A stretch of DNA of 64,000 nucleotides from Leucoraja ocellata (Eukaryota): NCBI GenBank assembly GCA_036785375.1, contig JAWMAR010000392.1, forward strand, positions 1,240,001-1,304,000, read 5' to 3'. Position numbers and translations under genes: made by a program. A model generated the notes under the pieces. It did no database searches. It was not told where the DNA came from and saw only the letters and a list, made by a program, of their open reading frames with translations. Below, in pieces: positions 49,829 to 62,600 of the stretch (the first letter of the stretch is position 1; each line of letters begins with the position of its first letter).

Positions 49829-51892
49829 AGATGGATTTGTGCCTGGAAGGTCATGTTTAACTAATCTTCTTGAATTTTTTGAAGATGTTACTCGGGAAAT
49901 TGATGAGGGTAAAGCAGTGGATGTTGTGTACATGGACTTCAGTAAGGCCTTTGACAAGGTTCCTCATGGAAGGTTGGTTAAGAAGGTTCAATGGTTGGGT
50001 ATTAATGGTGGAGTAGCAAGATGGATTCAACAGTGGCTGAATGGGAGATGCCAGAGAGTAATGGTGGATGGTTGTTTGTCAGGTTGGAGGCCAGTGACGA
50101 GTGGGGTGCCACAGGGATCTGTGTTGGGTCCACTGTTGTTTGTCATGTACATCAATGATCTGGATGATGGTGTGGTAAATTGGATTAGTAAGTATGCAGA
50201 TGATACTAAGATAGGTGGGGTTGCGGGTAATGAAGTAGAGTTTCAAAGTCTACAGAGAGATTTATGCCAGTTGGAAGAGTGGGCTGAAAGATGGCAGATG
50301 GAGTTTAATGCTGATAAGTGTGAGGTGCTACATCTTGGCAGGACAAATCAAAATAGGACGTACATGGTAAATGGTAGGGAATTGAAGAATGTAGGTGAAC
50401 AGAGGGATCTGGGAATAACTGTGCACAGTTCCCTGAAAGTGGAATCTCATGTAGATAGGGTGGTAAAGAAAGCTTTTGGTGTGCTGGCCTTTATAAATCA
50501 GAGCATTGAGTATAGAAGTTGGGATGTAATGTTAAAATTGTACAAGGCATTGGTGAGGCCAATTCTGGAGTATGGTGTACAATTTTGGATGCCTAATTAT
50601 AGGAAGGATGTCAACAAAATAGAGAGAGTACAGAGGAGATTTACTAGAATGTTGCCTGGGTTTCAGCAACTAAGTTACAAAGAAAGGTTGAACAAGTTAG
50701 GGCTTTATTCTTTGGAGCGCAGAAGGTTAAGGGGGGACTTGATAGAGGTTTTTAAAATGATGAGAGGGATAGACAGAGTTGACGTGGAAAAGCTTTTCCC
50801 ACTGAGAGTAGGGAAGATTCAAACAAGGGGACATGACATGAGAATTGAAGTTTAGGGGTAACATGAGGGGGAACTTCTTTACTCAGAGAGTGGTAGCTGT
50901 GTGGAATGAGCTTCCAGTGAAGGTTCGTTTTTATCATTTAAAAATAAATTGGATAGTTATATGGATGGGAAGGAAATGGAGGGTTATGAAACATAGAAAC
51001 ATAGAAACATAGAAATTAGGTGCAGGAGTAGGCCATTCGGCCCTTCGAGCCTGCACCGCCATTCAATATGATCATGGCTGATCATCCAACTCAGTATCCC
51101 GTACCTGCCTTCTCTCCATACCCTCTGATCCCCTTGGCCACAAGGGCCACATCTAACTCCCTCTTAAATATAGCCAATGAACTGGCCTCAACTACCCTCT
51201 GTGGCAGAGAGTTCCAGAGATTCACCACTCTCTGTGTGAAAAAAGTTGAGGAGAACTTGTTTTTAAAGGATTTCCCCCTTATCCTTAAGCTGTGACCCCT
51301 TGTCCTGGACTTCCCTAACATCGGGAACAATCTTCCTGCATCTAGCCTGTCCAACCCCTTAAGAATTTTGTAAGTTTCTATAAGATCCCCTCTCAATCTC
51401 CTAAATTCTAGAGAGTATAAACCAAGTCTATCCAGTCTTTCTTCATGAGACAGTCCTGACACCCCAGGAATCAGACTGGTGAACCTTCTCTGCACTCCCT
51501 CTATGGCAATAATGTCCTTCCTCAGATTTGGAGACCAAAACTGCACGCAATACTCCAGGTGTGGTCTCACCAAGACCCTGTACAACTGCAGTAGAACCTC
51601 CCTGCTCCTATACTCAAATCCTCTTGCTATGAAAGCCAACATACCATTTGCTTTCTTCACTGCCTGCTGCACCTGCATGCCTACCTTCAATGACTCGTGT
51701 ACCATGACACCCAGGTCTCGCTGCATCTCCCCCTTTCCCAATCGGCCACCATTTAGATAATAATGTGATCCTTTAACTATGGTCTGAGCACAGGTATATG
51801 GGACTAGGGGAGATTATGTGTTCGGCACGGACTAGAAGGGTCGAGATGGCCTGTTTCCGTGCTGTAATTGTTATATGGTTATTATATGGTTA
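49829..51892 (+). mobile_element. CR1 family B fragment with a nested antisense CR1 family A copy (about 50988-51761)
   Basis: 347-aa RT ORF nearly identical to 9684-10802; the 3' end resumes at about 51778 after the nested copy. Confidence 0.93.
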
Positions 51893-52382
51893 AAGATGAG
51901 GGAAAATCTCGACTTACTGCATTCCCCGATGATGTACTTTGTCATGTGACGCAATGTGATCCTTTAACTGGCAGTGTTGCTGACTGGGGAATTCCAGTTT
52001 TGTCATTGACTTGTACAGCTTAGAAACAGGGCATTCAGCCCATCAAACCCACACTGACCAAAAACAACATGGTTTAGTTTATTTTAGAGATATATCCTCA
52101 TTTGTATATATTGTTTTAATCAGCATTTTACTATTTTGCACTCTGGTTCGATGCTAAACTGGATTTCGTTTTACCTGTACTTGTATTTGTGCAATGACAA
52201 TAAAGTTGAATCTAATCTAATCTAACAAAAAAACAGCACGGAAACAGGCCCTTCAGCTCACCAAGTCTGTACCGACCAACGATCCCTGCTCATTAGCACT
52301 ACTCTACACACACTAGGCACATTACAATTATACCATGCCAATCAACCTGCAAACCTGTACATCTTTAGATTGTGGGAGGAAA

Positions 52383-54972
52383 CATATATAACACCATATA
52401 ACACCATATAACAATTACAGCACGGAAACAGGCCATCGCGACCCTTCTAGTCCGTGCCGAACACATAATCTCCCCTAGTCCCATATACCTGCGCTCAGAC
52501 CATAACCCTCCATTCCCTTCCCATCCATATAACTATCCAATTTATTTTTAAATGATAAAAACGAACCTGCCTCCACCACCTTCACTGGAAGCTCATTCCA
52601 CACAGCTACCACTCTCTGAGTAAAGAAGTTCCCCCTCATGTTACCCCTAAACTTCAGTCCCTTAATTCTCATGTCATGTCCCCTTGTTTGAATCTTCCCT
52701 ACTCTCAGTGGGAAAAGCTTTTCCACGTCAACTCTGTCTGTCCCTTTCATCATTTTAAAAACCTCTATCAAGTCCCCCCTTAACCTTCTGCGCTCCAAAG
52801 AATAAAGCCCTAACTTGTTCAACAAGATCTCGGAGAAAGTTCTCTCTAGACTCTATACTCTCTAGAATTTAGGAAATTGAGAGGGGACCTTATAGAAACT
52901 TACAAAATTCTTAAGGGGTTGGACAGGCTAGATACAGGAAGATTGTTCCCGATGTTGGGGAAGTCCAGGACAAGGGGTCACAGCTTAAGGATAAGGGGGA
53001 AATCCTTTAAAACCGAGATGAGGAGAACTTTTTTCACACAGAGAGTGGTGAATCTCTGGAACTCTCTGCTGCAGAGGGTAGTTGAGGCCAGTTCATTGGC
53101 TATATTTAAGAGGGGGTTAGATGTGGCCCTTGTGGCTAAAGGGACCAGGGGGTATGGAGAGAAGGCAGGTACGAGATACTGAGTTGGATGATCAGCCATG
53201 ATCATATTGAATGGCGGTGCAGGCTCGAAGGGTCGAATGGCCTACTCCTGCACCTAATTTCTATGTTTCTATGAAAGTACAAACTCCGTACAGACAGCAC
53301 CCGTAGTCGGGATCGAATCCAGGCCTTTGGCGCTGTAAGTGCTGTAAGGCAGCAACTCTACCACTGCACCACTGTGCCGGCCTAATAGATATAGAAATTA
53401 CAAAGTACTTAGACCTGTCATTATTGAAGGTTGACTTCAATAAAGTCAAAGTTATGTCATAACGTTGATATGGAGATAATAGTTCAATGGAAGGAGTGTG
53501 GGAACCTGCTGGAGAAGTACCTGGTGCACTCATACTTATTTCTGGACAAAGCTGTAGATATGGGAGTTTCTATTGAAGTAGCAATGGCTAGTACAGGGTG
53601 TAACAGTATTTTATTTTTTGGTTTGTATGACAATTTACAGAAGGACAATTAACCTTTACTACTTGCATGTTTTTGGGATGAGGGAGGAAACTGAAGCACC
53701 CGGACGAAATACATGCAGTCGAAGGGAGAACGGACAGACTCCACACAGACAGCACCGGAGGTCAGGATCAAACACGGATCGAACAGTTCTGGCAACTGCG
53801 CCTCTGTACTGCCATAAAACACAATGTGCTGGTTTGATTGGATTATATTGGCGGATGGTGCTTTCGGAGAGGATTCTTCAGGTTAGGATTTACTGCCATT
53901 TGGAAGAGAATGGAGCAATGTGGTGCATCAGTTCAATAGACAAAGTCCAGTGTCCGCAATGGAGTAAAGATAAATCGAACAGTACCCTCACTTACGGAAG
54001 GACCTTACAGAAGACTGATAATATATATTAATGATTTGGACGAGGGAATTGAATGCAACATCTCCAAGTTTGTGGATGACACGAAGCTGGGGGGCAGTGT
54101 TAGCTGTAAGGAGGATGCTAGGAGGCTGCAAGGTGACTTGGATAGGTTGGGTGAGTGGGCAAATGCATGGCAGATGCAGTATAATGTGAATAAATGTGAG
54201 GTTATCCACTTTGGTGGCAAGAACAGGAAAATAGACTAGTATCTGAATGGTGGCCGATTAGGAAAGGGGAGATGCAACGAGACCTGGGTGTCATGGTACA
54301 CCAGTCATTGAAAGTAGGCATGCAGGTGCAGCAGGCAGTGAAGAAAGCGAATGGTATGTTAGCATTCATAGCAAAAGGATTTGAGTATAAGAGCAGGGAG
54401 GTTCTACTGCAGTTGAACAGGGCCTTGGCGAGACCACACCTGGAGTATTGTGTACAGTCTGAGGAAAGACATTCTTGCCATAGAGGGAGTACAGAGAAGG
54501 TTCACCAGACTGATTCCTGGGATGGCAGAACTTTCATATGAAGAAAGATTGGATAGACTCGGCTTGTACTCGCTAGAATTTAGAAGATTGAGGAGGGATC
54601 TTATAGAAACTTATACAATTCTTAAGGGGTTGGGCAGGCTAGATGCAGGAAGATTGTTCCCGATGTTGGGGAAATCCAGAACAAGGGGTCACAGTTTAAG
54701 GATAAGGGGGAAATCTTTTAGGACCGAGATGAGAAAAACATTTTTCACACAGAGTGGTGAATCTGTGGAATTCTCTGCCACAGAAAGTAGTTGAGGCCAG
54801 AATGTTGGCTATGTTTAAGAGGGAGTTAGATGTGGCCCTTGTGGTTAAAGGGATCAGGGGGTATAGAGAGAAGGCAAGTACAGGATACTGAGTTGGATGA
54901 TCAGCCATGATCATATTGAATGGCGGTGCAGGGCCGAATGGCCTACTCCTGCACCTATTTTCTATGTTTCTA
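52383..54972. mobile_element. CR1 fragments (B about 52383-52823 -, A about 52853-53273 +, both inside one SINE; A-type about 54021-54972 +)
   Basis: RT frames and tails; SINE halves at about 52235-52382 and 53275-53380. Confidence 0.85.
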
Positions 54973-55456
54973 ACCAAGGGGAAAATGGTATTCCTGAGTC
55001 TGGTGGAGCGCGCATTCAAGCTTCTGTACTTTTTGCCGGACGGGAGCGGGGGGAAGAATGAATGACCGGGGTGAGACAAGTCTTTGTTTATATTAGCTGC
55101 TTTTCTGATGCAGCGTGAAGTGCAGATGGAATCAATGGTGGTGGGTCTGGTCAATGCAATGGGCTGGGCTACTTACACAACTCATTTTTTCAAGTTGTAA
55201 ATGCAACTGTGCAGTCTGAAAGTCACAAAATGGAGAGGAATAGCTGGTTTGGAACCTGCGGTGAACACACAGAGCTGGGTGGGGACTTTGCTCACTGAAG
55301 CTGTGCCAACTGAAAGTGAAAGAGATGAATTTCGGTTGTGTCATGCAGGTTGAGCAAACAACACCAAGGGGATTTCCAGCAAAATAGTTTCTGTTCAATA
55401 CACTCCCCTTCTTCAGCCTCGTCTCTCTCTTTCCCATTTCTGCTTTTTGTTCTCTC

Positions 55457-57341
55457 ATATAACCATATAACCATATAACAATTACAGCACGGAAACAGGC
55501 CATCTCGACCCTTCTAGTCCGTGCCGAACACATAATCTCCCCTAGTCCCATATACCTGCGCTCAGACCATAACCCTCCATTCCCTTCCCGTCCATATAAC
55601 TATCCAATTTATTTTTAAATGATAAAAACGAACCTGCCTCCACCACCTTCACTGGAAGCTCATTCCACACAGCTACCACTCTCTGAGTAAAGAAGTTCCC
55701 CCTCATGTTACCCCTAAACTTCAGTCCCTTAATTCTCATGTCATGTCCCCTTGTTTGAATCTTCCCTACTCTCAGTGGGAAAAGCTTTTCCACGTCAACT
55801 CTGTCTATCCTTCTCATCATTTTAAAAACCTCTATCAAGTCCCCCCTTAACCTTCTGCGCTCCAAAGAATAAAGCCCTAACTTGTTCAACCTTTCTCTGT
55901 AACTTAGTTGCTGAAACCCAGGCAACATTCTAGTAAATCTCCTCTGTACTCTCTCTATTTTGTTGACATCCTTCCTATAATTAGCTGAATAATTATTAAA
56001 AAACAAATAATTATTTTGTTGACATCCTCTCCTACCATCCTGCTCCTGTTATAGTTTAGTTCAGGGACACAGCACAGAAACAGGCCCTTTGGTCCATGCT
56101 GATCGGTGATCCCCTCACACTAACAGTATCTGCCACACACAAGGGACAATTTACATTTCTACCAAGCCATTTAACCCGCAAACCTGTACGTTTTTATTTT
56201 GAGTGTGGTAGAAGCATAGAAACATAGAAATTAGGTGCAGGAGTAGGCCATTCGGCCCTTCGAGCCTGCACCGCCATTCAATATGATCATGGCTGATCAT
56301 CCAACTCAATATCCCGTACCTGCCTTCTCTCCATACCCCCTGATCCCCTTAGCCACAAGGGCCACATCTAACTCCCTCTTAAATATAGCCAATGAACTGG
56401 CCTCAACTACCCTCTGTGGCAGAGAGTTCCAGAGATTCACCACTCTCTGTGTGAAAAAAGTTCTTCTCATCTCGGTTTTAAAGGATTTCCCCCTTATCCT
56501 TAAGCTGTGACCCCTTGTCCTGGACTTTCCTAACATCGGGAACAATCTTCCTGCATCTAGCCTGTCCAACCCCTTAAGAATGTTGTAAGTTTCTGTAAGA
56601 TCCCTCTCAATCTCCTAAATTCTAGAGAGTATAAACCAAGTCTATCCAGTCTTTCTTCATAAGACAGTCCGGACATCCCAGGAATCAGTCTGGTGAACCG
56701 TCTCTGCACTCCCTCTATGGCAATAATGTCCTTCCTCAGATTTGGAGACCAAAACTGTACGCAATACTCCAGGTGTGGTCTCACCAAGACCCTGTACAAC
56801 TGCAGTAGAACCTCCCTGCTCCTATACTCAAATCCTTTTGCAATGAAAGCTAACATACCATTTGCTTTCTTTACTGCCTGCACCTGCATGCCTACCTTCA
56901 ATGACTGGTGTACCATGACACCCAGGTCTCGCTGCATCTCCCCCCTTTCCCAATCGGCCACCATTTAGATAATAGTCTGCTTTCCCGTTTTTGCCACCAA
57001 AATGGATAACCTCACATTTATCCACATTATACTGCATCTGCCAAACATTTGCCCACTCACCCAGCCTATCCAAGTCACCTTGCAGTCTCCTAGCATCCTC
57101 CTCACAGCTAACACTGCCCCCCAGCTTAGTGTCATCCGCAAACTTGGAGATATTGCCTTCAATTCCCTCATCCAGATCATTAATATATATTGTAAATAGC
57201 TGGGGTCCCAGTACTGAGCCTTGGGGTACCCCACTAGTCACTGCCTGCCATTGTGAAAAGGACCCGTTTACTCCTACTCTTTGCTTCCTGTTTGCCAGCC
57301 CAGTTCTCTACCCACATCAATACTGAACCTCCAATGCCTTG
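55457..57341 (-). mobile_element. CR1 family B (about 55457-55984) and family A (about 56209-57341, runs into the gap)
   Basis: GVPQGSVLGP..FADD RT frames and tails. Confidence 0.9.
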
Positions 57342-57541
57342 NNNNNNNNNNNNNNNNNNNNNNNNNNNNNNNNNNNNNNNNNNNNNNNNNNNNNNNNNNN
57401 NNNNNNNNNNNNNNNNNNNNNNNNNNNNNNNNNNNNNNNNNNNNNNNNNNNNNNNNNNNNNNNNNNNNNNNNNNNNNNNNNNNNNNNNNNNNNNNNNNNN
57501 NNNNNNNNNNNNNNNNNNNNNNNNNNNNNNNNNNNNNNNNN
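57342..57541. other. Assembly gap (exactly 200 N; likely scaffold join)
   Basis: Run of N. Confidence 1.
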
Positions 57542-58074
57542 TAAAGCTTTTTTTTTTGGAGGGGGGGGGATGATATGGGATTCAGGGGTTTTGTGAGGAG
57601 GCGGATATGGGACACAAGGGGGGATTTTTTTGACCAGCACGAGGTATTAGACTGGTGGGCAACACTTTCAGAGAGAGATGGGGCAAGACGTTTTCGAGCA
57701 AATGATCGTTTCGAGAGTTTAAGAGGGAACTGCAGATGCTGGAGAATCGAAGGTTACACAAAAAAGCTGGAGAAACTCAGCGGGTGCAGCAGCATCTATG
57801 GAGCGAAGAAGGGTTTCGGCCCGAAACGTTGCCTATTTCCTTCGCTCCATAGATGCTGCTGCACCCGCTTGAGTTTCTCCAGCTTTTTTGTGTAACCATC
57901 GTTTCGAGAGGGCAGACTGGCGGTAAATGGGCTTTAGCTAGAGAGATGGGACCTGGGGAGTATGGATGAGGATTCTGGAAAAGAAGCACTTTCACTTTCA
58001 GCGGGCGGGCACGGCGGGGCAAGGGCATTAGTTTACCCACTGTATTTCTGCAATCTTCGCCAAAATATACTTAC

Positions 58075-58135
58075 TCGCCGCGCAGAGCAGCCCCAGCGAG
58101 AGCAGGATCAGCGAGAGCAGGTTGAGAGAGCGCAT
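58075..58135 (-). CDS. B2M: Second copy of B2M exon 1 (duplicated segment; no second exon 2 visible)
   Basis: Same 61-nt exon and GTAAGT donor as 39384-39444, offset 18691; lies about 530 bp from an N gap. Confidence 0.6.
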
Positions 58136-59229
58136 CGTGTCGAGAGGACAGACCGGTCTGTTTGAGTAGGAGCTACAGATGCTGGAGTACCGATGGTAGA
58201 CAACCTGCCACTATCTGCCTCCGCTTCGGAATGAAGTCAATGACCCGGCGACCAGGCACCAATAGCACGGTAGCGTCCCGCCCATCAGCCCCAGCAGAGG
58301 CAATCGCAAAAAGATCACCAGCGGCTTGTCACCAGTCTCCGGGTGAAAGAGCTCTGTAGAGTTTGCGATCCGGCAAGCGAGAGGGGGCGTGTGCTTGAAG
58401 CAAGATCTGTCTGGGCAATGGACTCTTGATACTTTGGATTTCCCCACACTGTCAATGCCACCACAGGGCGCGGCAACTTGCAGACTGGTTACTGATCAGT
58501 CTATCTACTGATAAATCTACCTCGCCATTGTTATTGTATTCGAGTAGGTGCCTGTTTAAATCGAAGATAGACACAAAATGCTGGATTAACTCAGCATCTC
58601 AGGATAGTCAAGTCAAGTCAAGTCAAGTTTATTTGTCACACACACATACGAGATGTGCAGTGAAATGAAAGTGGCAAATGCTCGCGGACTTTTGTGCAAA
58701 AGACAAACAACAAAACAACCAAACAAATTATAAACACAATCATAACACACATATTCTTTTAGAAGAAACGGATGGGATTTCCTTCCTCAGACGAGACCCT
58801 TCCTCAGACAGAGTCAAGGGGAGAGGGAGATACAGAGATAACCATATAACAATTACAGGTTACACAAAAAAGCTGGAGAAACTCAACGGGTGCAGCAGCA
58901 TCTATGGAGCGAAGGAAATAGGCAACGTTTCGGGCCGAAACCCTTCTTCAGTTACAATTACAGCACGGAAACAGGCCATCTCGGCCCTTCAAGTCCGTGC
59001 CGAACACTTATTTTCCCCCAGTCCCATCTACCTGCATTAAGACCATAACCCTCCATTCCTTTCCCGTCCATATACCTATCCAATTTAATTTTAAATGATA
59101 AAATCGAACCTGCCTCCTCCCTATCTCCCCATTCACCTCTCTCCTCCTCATTCTCCTCCCCTCTTTCTTCTTCTCCTCCTCCTTGTAGAGATATATATGT
59201 GGCTAATAGCATGTAACCAATTCAATTCC

Positions 59230-59681
59230 NNNNNNNNNNNNNNNNNNNNNNNNNNNNNNNNNNNNNNNNNNNNNNNNNNNNNNNNNNNNNNNNNNNNNNN
59301 NNNNNNNNNNNNNNNNNNNNNNNNNNNNNNNNNNNNNNNNNNNNNNNNNNNNNNNNNNNNNNNNNNNNNNNNNNNNNNNNNNNNNNNNNNNNNNNNNNNN
59401 NNNNNNNNNNNNNNNNNNNNNNNNNNNNNNNNNNNNNNNNNNNNNNNNNNNNNNNNNNNNNNNNNNNNNNNNNNNNNNNNNNNNNNNNNNNNNNNNNNNN
59501 NNNNNNNNNNNNNNNNNNNNNNNNNNNNNNNNNNNNNNNNNNNNNNNNNNNNNNNNNNNNNNNNNNNNNNNNNNNNNNNNNNNNNNNNNNNNNNNNNNNN
59601 NNNNNNNNNNNNNNNNNNNNNNNNNNNNNNNNNNNNNNNNNNNNNNNNNNNNNNNNNNNNNNNNNNNNNNNNNNNNNNNNN
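59230..59681. other. Assembly gap (N)
   Basis: Run of N at the position homologous to 40532-40998. Confidence 1.
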
Positions 59682-62600
59682 CCCTCCTCGGAAGAAGATA
59701 AGGACGTGTAAGGCGTGAAAACGAGATAATGGGGATGAAGTTCAAGGAAACTGTGGAATAGATCATTGTTAGCTCGGAGAAGGCAACAAAGATTTAAACA
59801 GAGATAAACATGTAAAAGAGGACAATCAGACTCGTCGGATAACTGGGAGAGAGGGGGGGGGGGGGGGGGGTGAAGAGAGAGGATAGGCAAGGATTACTGA
59901 AGGAGTTGCAGGCCGAAATATGACAAACATAGAAACATAGAAACATAGAAATTAGGTGCAGGAGTAGGCCATTCGGCCCTTCGAGCCTGCACCGCCATTC
60001 AATATGATCATGGCTGATCATCCAACTCAGTATCCCGTACCTGCCTTCTCTCCATACCCCCTGATCCCTTGGCCACAAGGGCCACATCTAACTCCCTCTT
60101 AAATATAGCAATGAACTGGCCTCAACTACCCTCTGTGGCAGAGAGTTCCAGAGATTTACCACTCTCTGTGTGAAAAAAGTTCTTCTCATCTCGGTTTTAA
60201 AGGATTTCCCCTTTATCCTTAAGCTGTGACCCCTTGTCCTGGACTTCCCTAACATCGGGAACAATCTTCCTGCATCTAGCCTGTCCAACCCCTTAAGAAT
60301 TTTGTAAGTTTCTATAAGATCCCCTCTCAATCTTCTAAATTCCAGAGAGTATAAACCAAGTCTATCCAGTCTTTCTTCATAAGACAGTCCTGACATCCCA
60401 GGAATCAATCTGGTGAACCGTCTCTGCGCTCCCTCTATGGCAATAATGTCCTTCCTCAGATTTGGAGACCAAAACTGTACGCAATACTCCAGGTGTGGTC
60501 TCACCAAGAGTCATAAGGCACAACGAACTGCAGGTGCTGGAAACTTGAGCAAAACAATGTACTGGAGGAACTCAGCATTTGTACAAGGAACTGCGAATGC
60601 TGGAATTTGTGGAGGGAAATTGAGGTCGGGACCCTTCCTCAGACTGCTAAAAATGTAACTGTTCCATATCAGGAGATATATGACAATAAAAAACTCTGAA
60701 ATATATTAAGTCGCTTGTCTATTCTCTCCACAGATGCTGCCCAGCCACACTGAGTTATCCAGCATTTTTGTGTTTTGCTTAAGACGCCAACATCAATTGC
60801 TGTAATTTTATAAAACAAAAAATAGAGAGAGTACAGAGGAGATTTACTAGAATGTTGCCTGGGTTTCAACAACTAAGTTACAGAGATAGGTTGAATAAGT
60901 TAGGTCTTTATTCTCTGGAGCGCAGAAGGTTAAGGGGGGACTTGATAGAGGTCTTTAAAATGATGAGCGGGATAGACAGAGTTGATGTGGACAAGCTTTT
61001 CCCTTTGAGAATAGGGAAGATTCAAACAAGAGGACATGACTTCAGAATTAAGGACAGAAGTTTAGGGGTAATATGAGGGGGAACTTCTTTACTCAGAGAG
61101 TGGTAGCGGTGTGAAATGAGCTTCCAGTGGAAGTGGTGGAGGCAGGTTCATTGGTATCATTTAAAAATAAATTGGATAGGCATATGGATGAGAAGGGAAT
61201 GGAGGGTTATGATATGAGTGCAGGCAGGTGGGACTAAGGGGAAAAAATGTTGTTCGGCACGGACTTGTAGGGCCGAGATGGCCTGTTTCCGTGCTGTAAT
61301 TGTTATATGGTTATATATGGTATCATGTGAATATTAAATAATTATTCCTAGTAGGTTGGGTTCTTGGTCCTCACAAAATATTCCAAATGGAATTTAAACT
61401 GGAGGTGGTGGAGGGAAGACTTAAGCCAGAATTGGATTACTGGATTTCCGCTCAAATCCAGAATTAGTTTAGTTCAGAGATACAGCATGGAAATAGGCCC
61501 TTCGGCCTATAGTGAATAGGCTCTTCGGCCTTCAGAAAATACCAGAGTGCAGTGTTAAAGCGTGGCAGTTGCAGACCGGCCAGCAATCACCATTAACGAT
61601 TCTATCCTACAATACCAGGGACAATACGCAGAAGTCAATTAACCTAGAAAATGCTGCACGTCTTTGGAATGTAGGAAGAAAACTGAGCAGCCGGAAAAAC
61701 AACTATCACCACCAACAAAGATACTGGAGCAAGAGTATGATTTTTGATTCTATGATCTTCTATGATCTTTGATCACCACGAAGTGACGGAGAAGGTACAA
61801 ACGCCGGACAGACATCACCCGAGGTCAGGGTCCAACCCGGGTCTCTGGCACTGTGAGGCAGCAACTTTTTCACCCGCACCACTGTGCCCGCCCCAATTGT
61901 AATTACGAAACTTAAAAACTCGGTTACACCTCCTTCCATTTGCAATTGCTCAAATCGTCCAGGGGAATGTTAAAAAAGAAGAAGAAGCTTATTTGGACCA
62001 CAGTCTTTTGCAATAATTCTTAGATACAAAGCTGGATGTTAGGATCAGACGAGAGGCGCACCTGCTGGCGTTGGGTGCGAAAGGAACAGCAGAGTCGGGA
62101 ATCTTGATTGAAACACAAAGTGCTTGAGTAACTCAGCGGGTCAGGCAGTATCTATGTGGGGAAATGGATCGGCAAAATTAATATTGTTTGCACTATTATT
62201 GTTTGTTTGTTGTTGTTGGTTGTTTTTGTGTGTGTAGGCATGTGTGCGTGTGTGAGTATATATATATACATAAATGATCTATCTCTATAGATATGTGTGT
62301 GTATTTGTATGTGTACTGAACTTTTCTCTCTCGTTATTATATTGTTTACATTGTGCTATATTTACATATTCTGTTGTGCTGCTGCAAGTAAGAATTCCAT
62401 TATTCTATCTGGGGCAAATGGCAATAAAACACTATTCTTCAGACTCGTTATTATACTGGCGTGTGATGGTATTAGCTTGCTGTTGTCACGTGTAGGGAGA
62501 CGCGGTGAAAAAATGTTGCTGCTCTTCATGGAAATCATATTCTACACGAGTACATCCAGCCGTTGCAACAGTTAATGCAATGGGGAAAATACGAGAGTGC

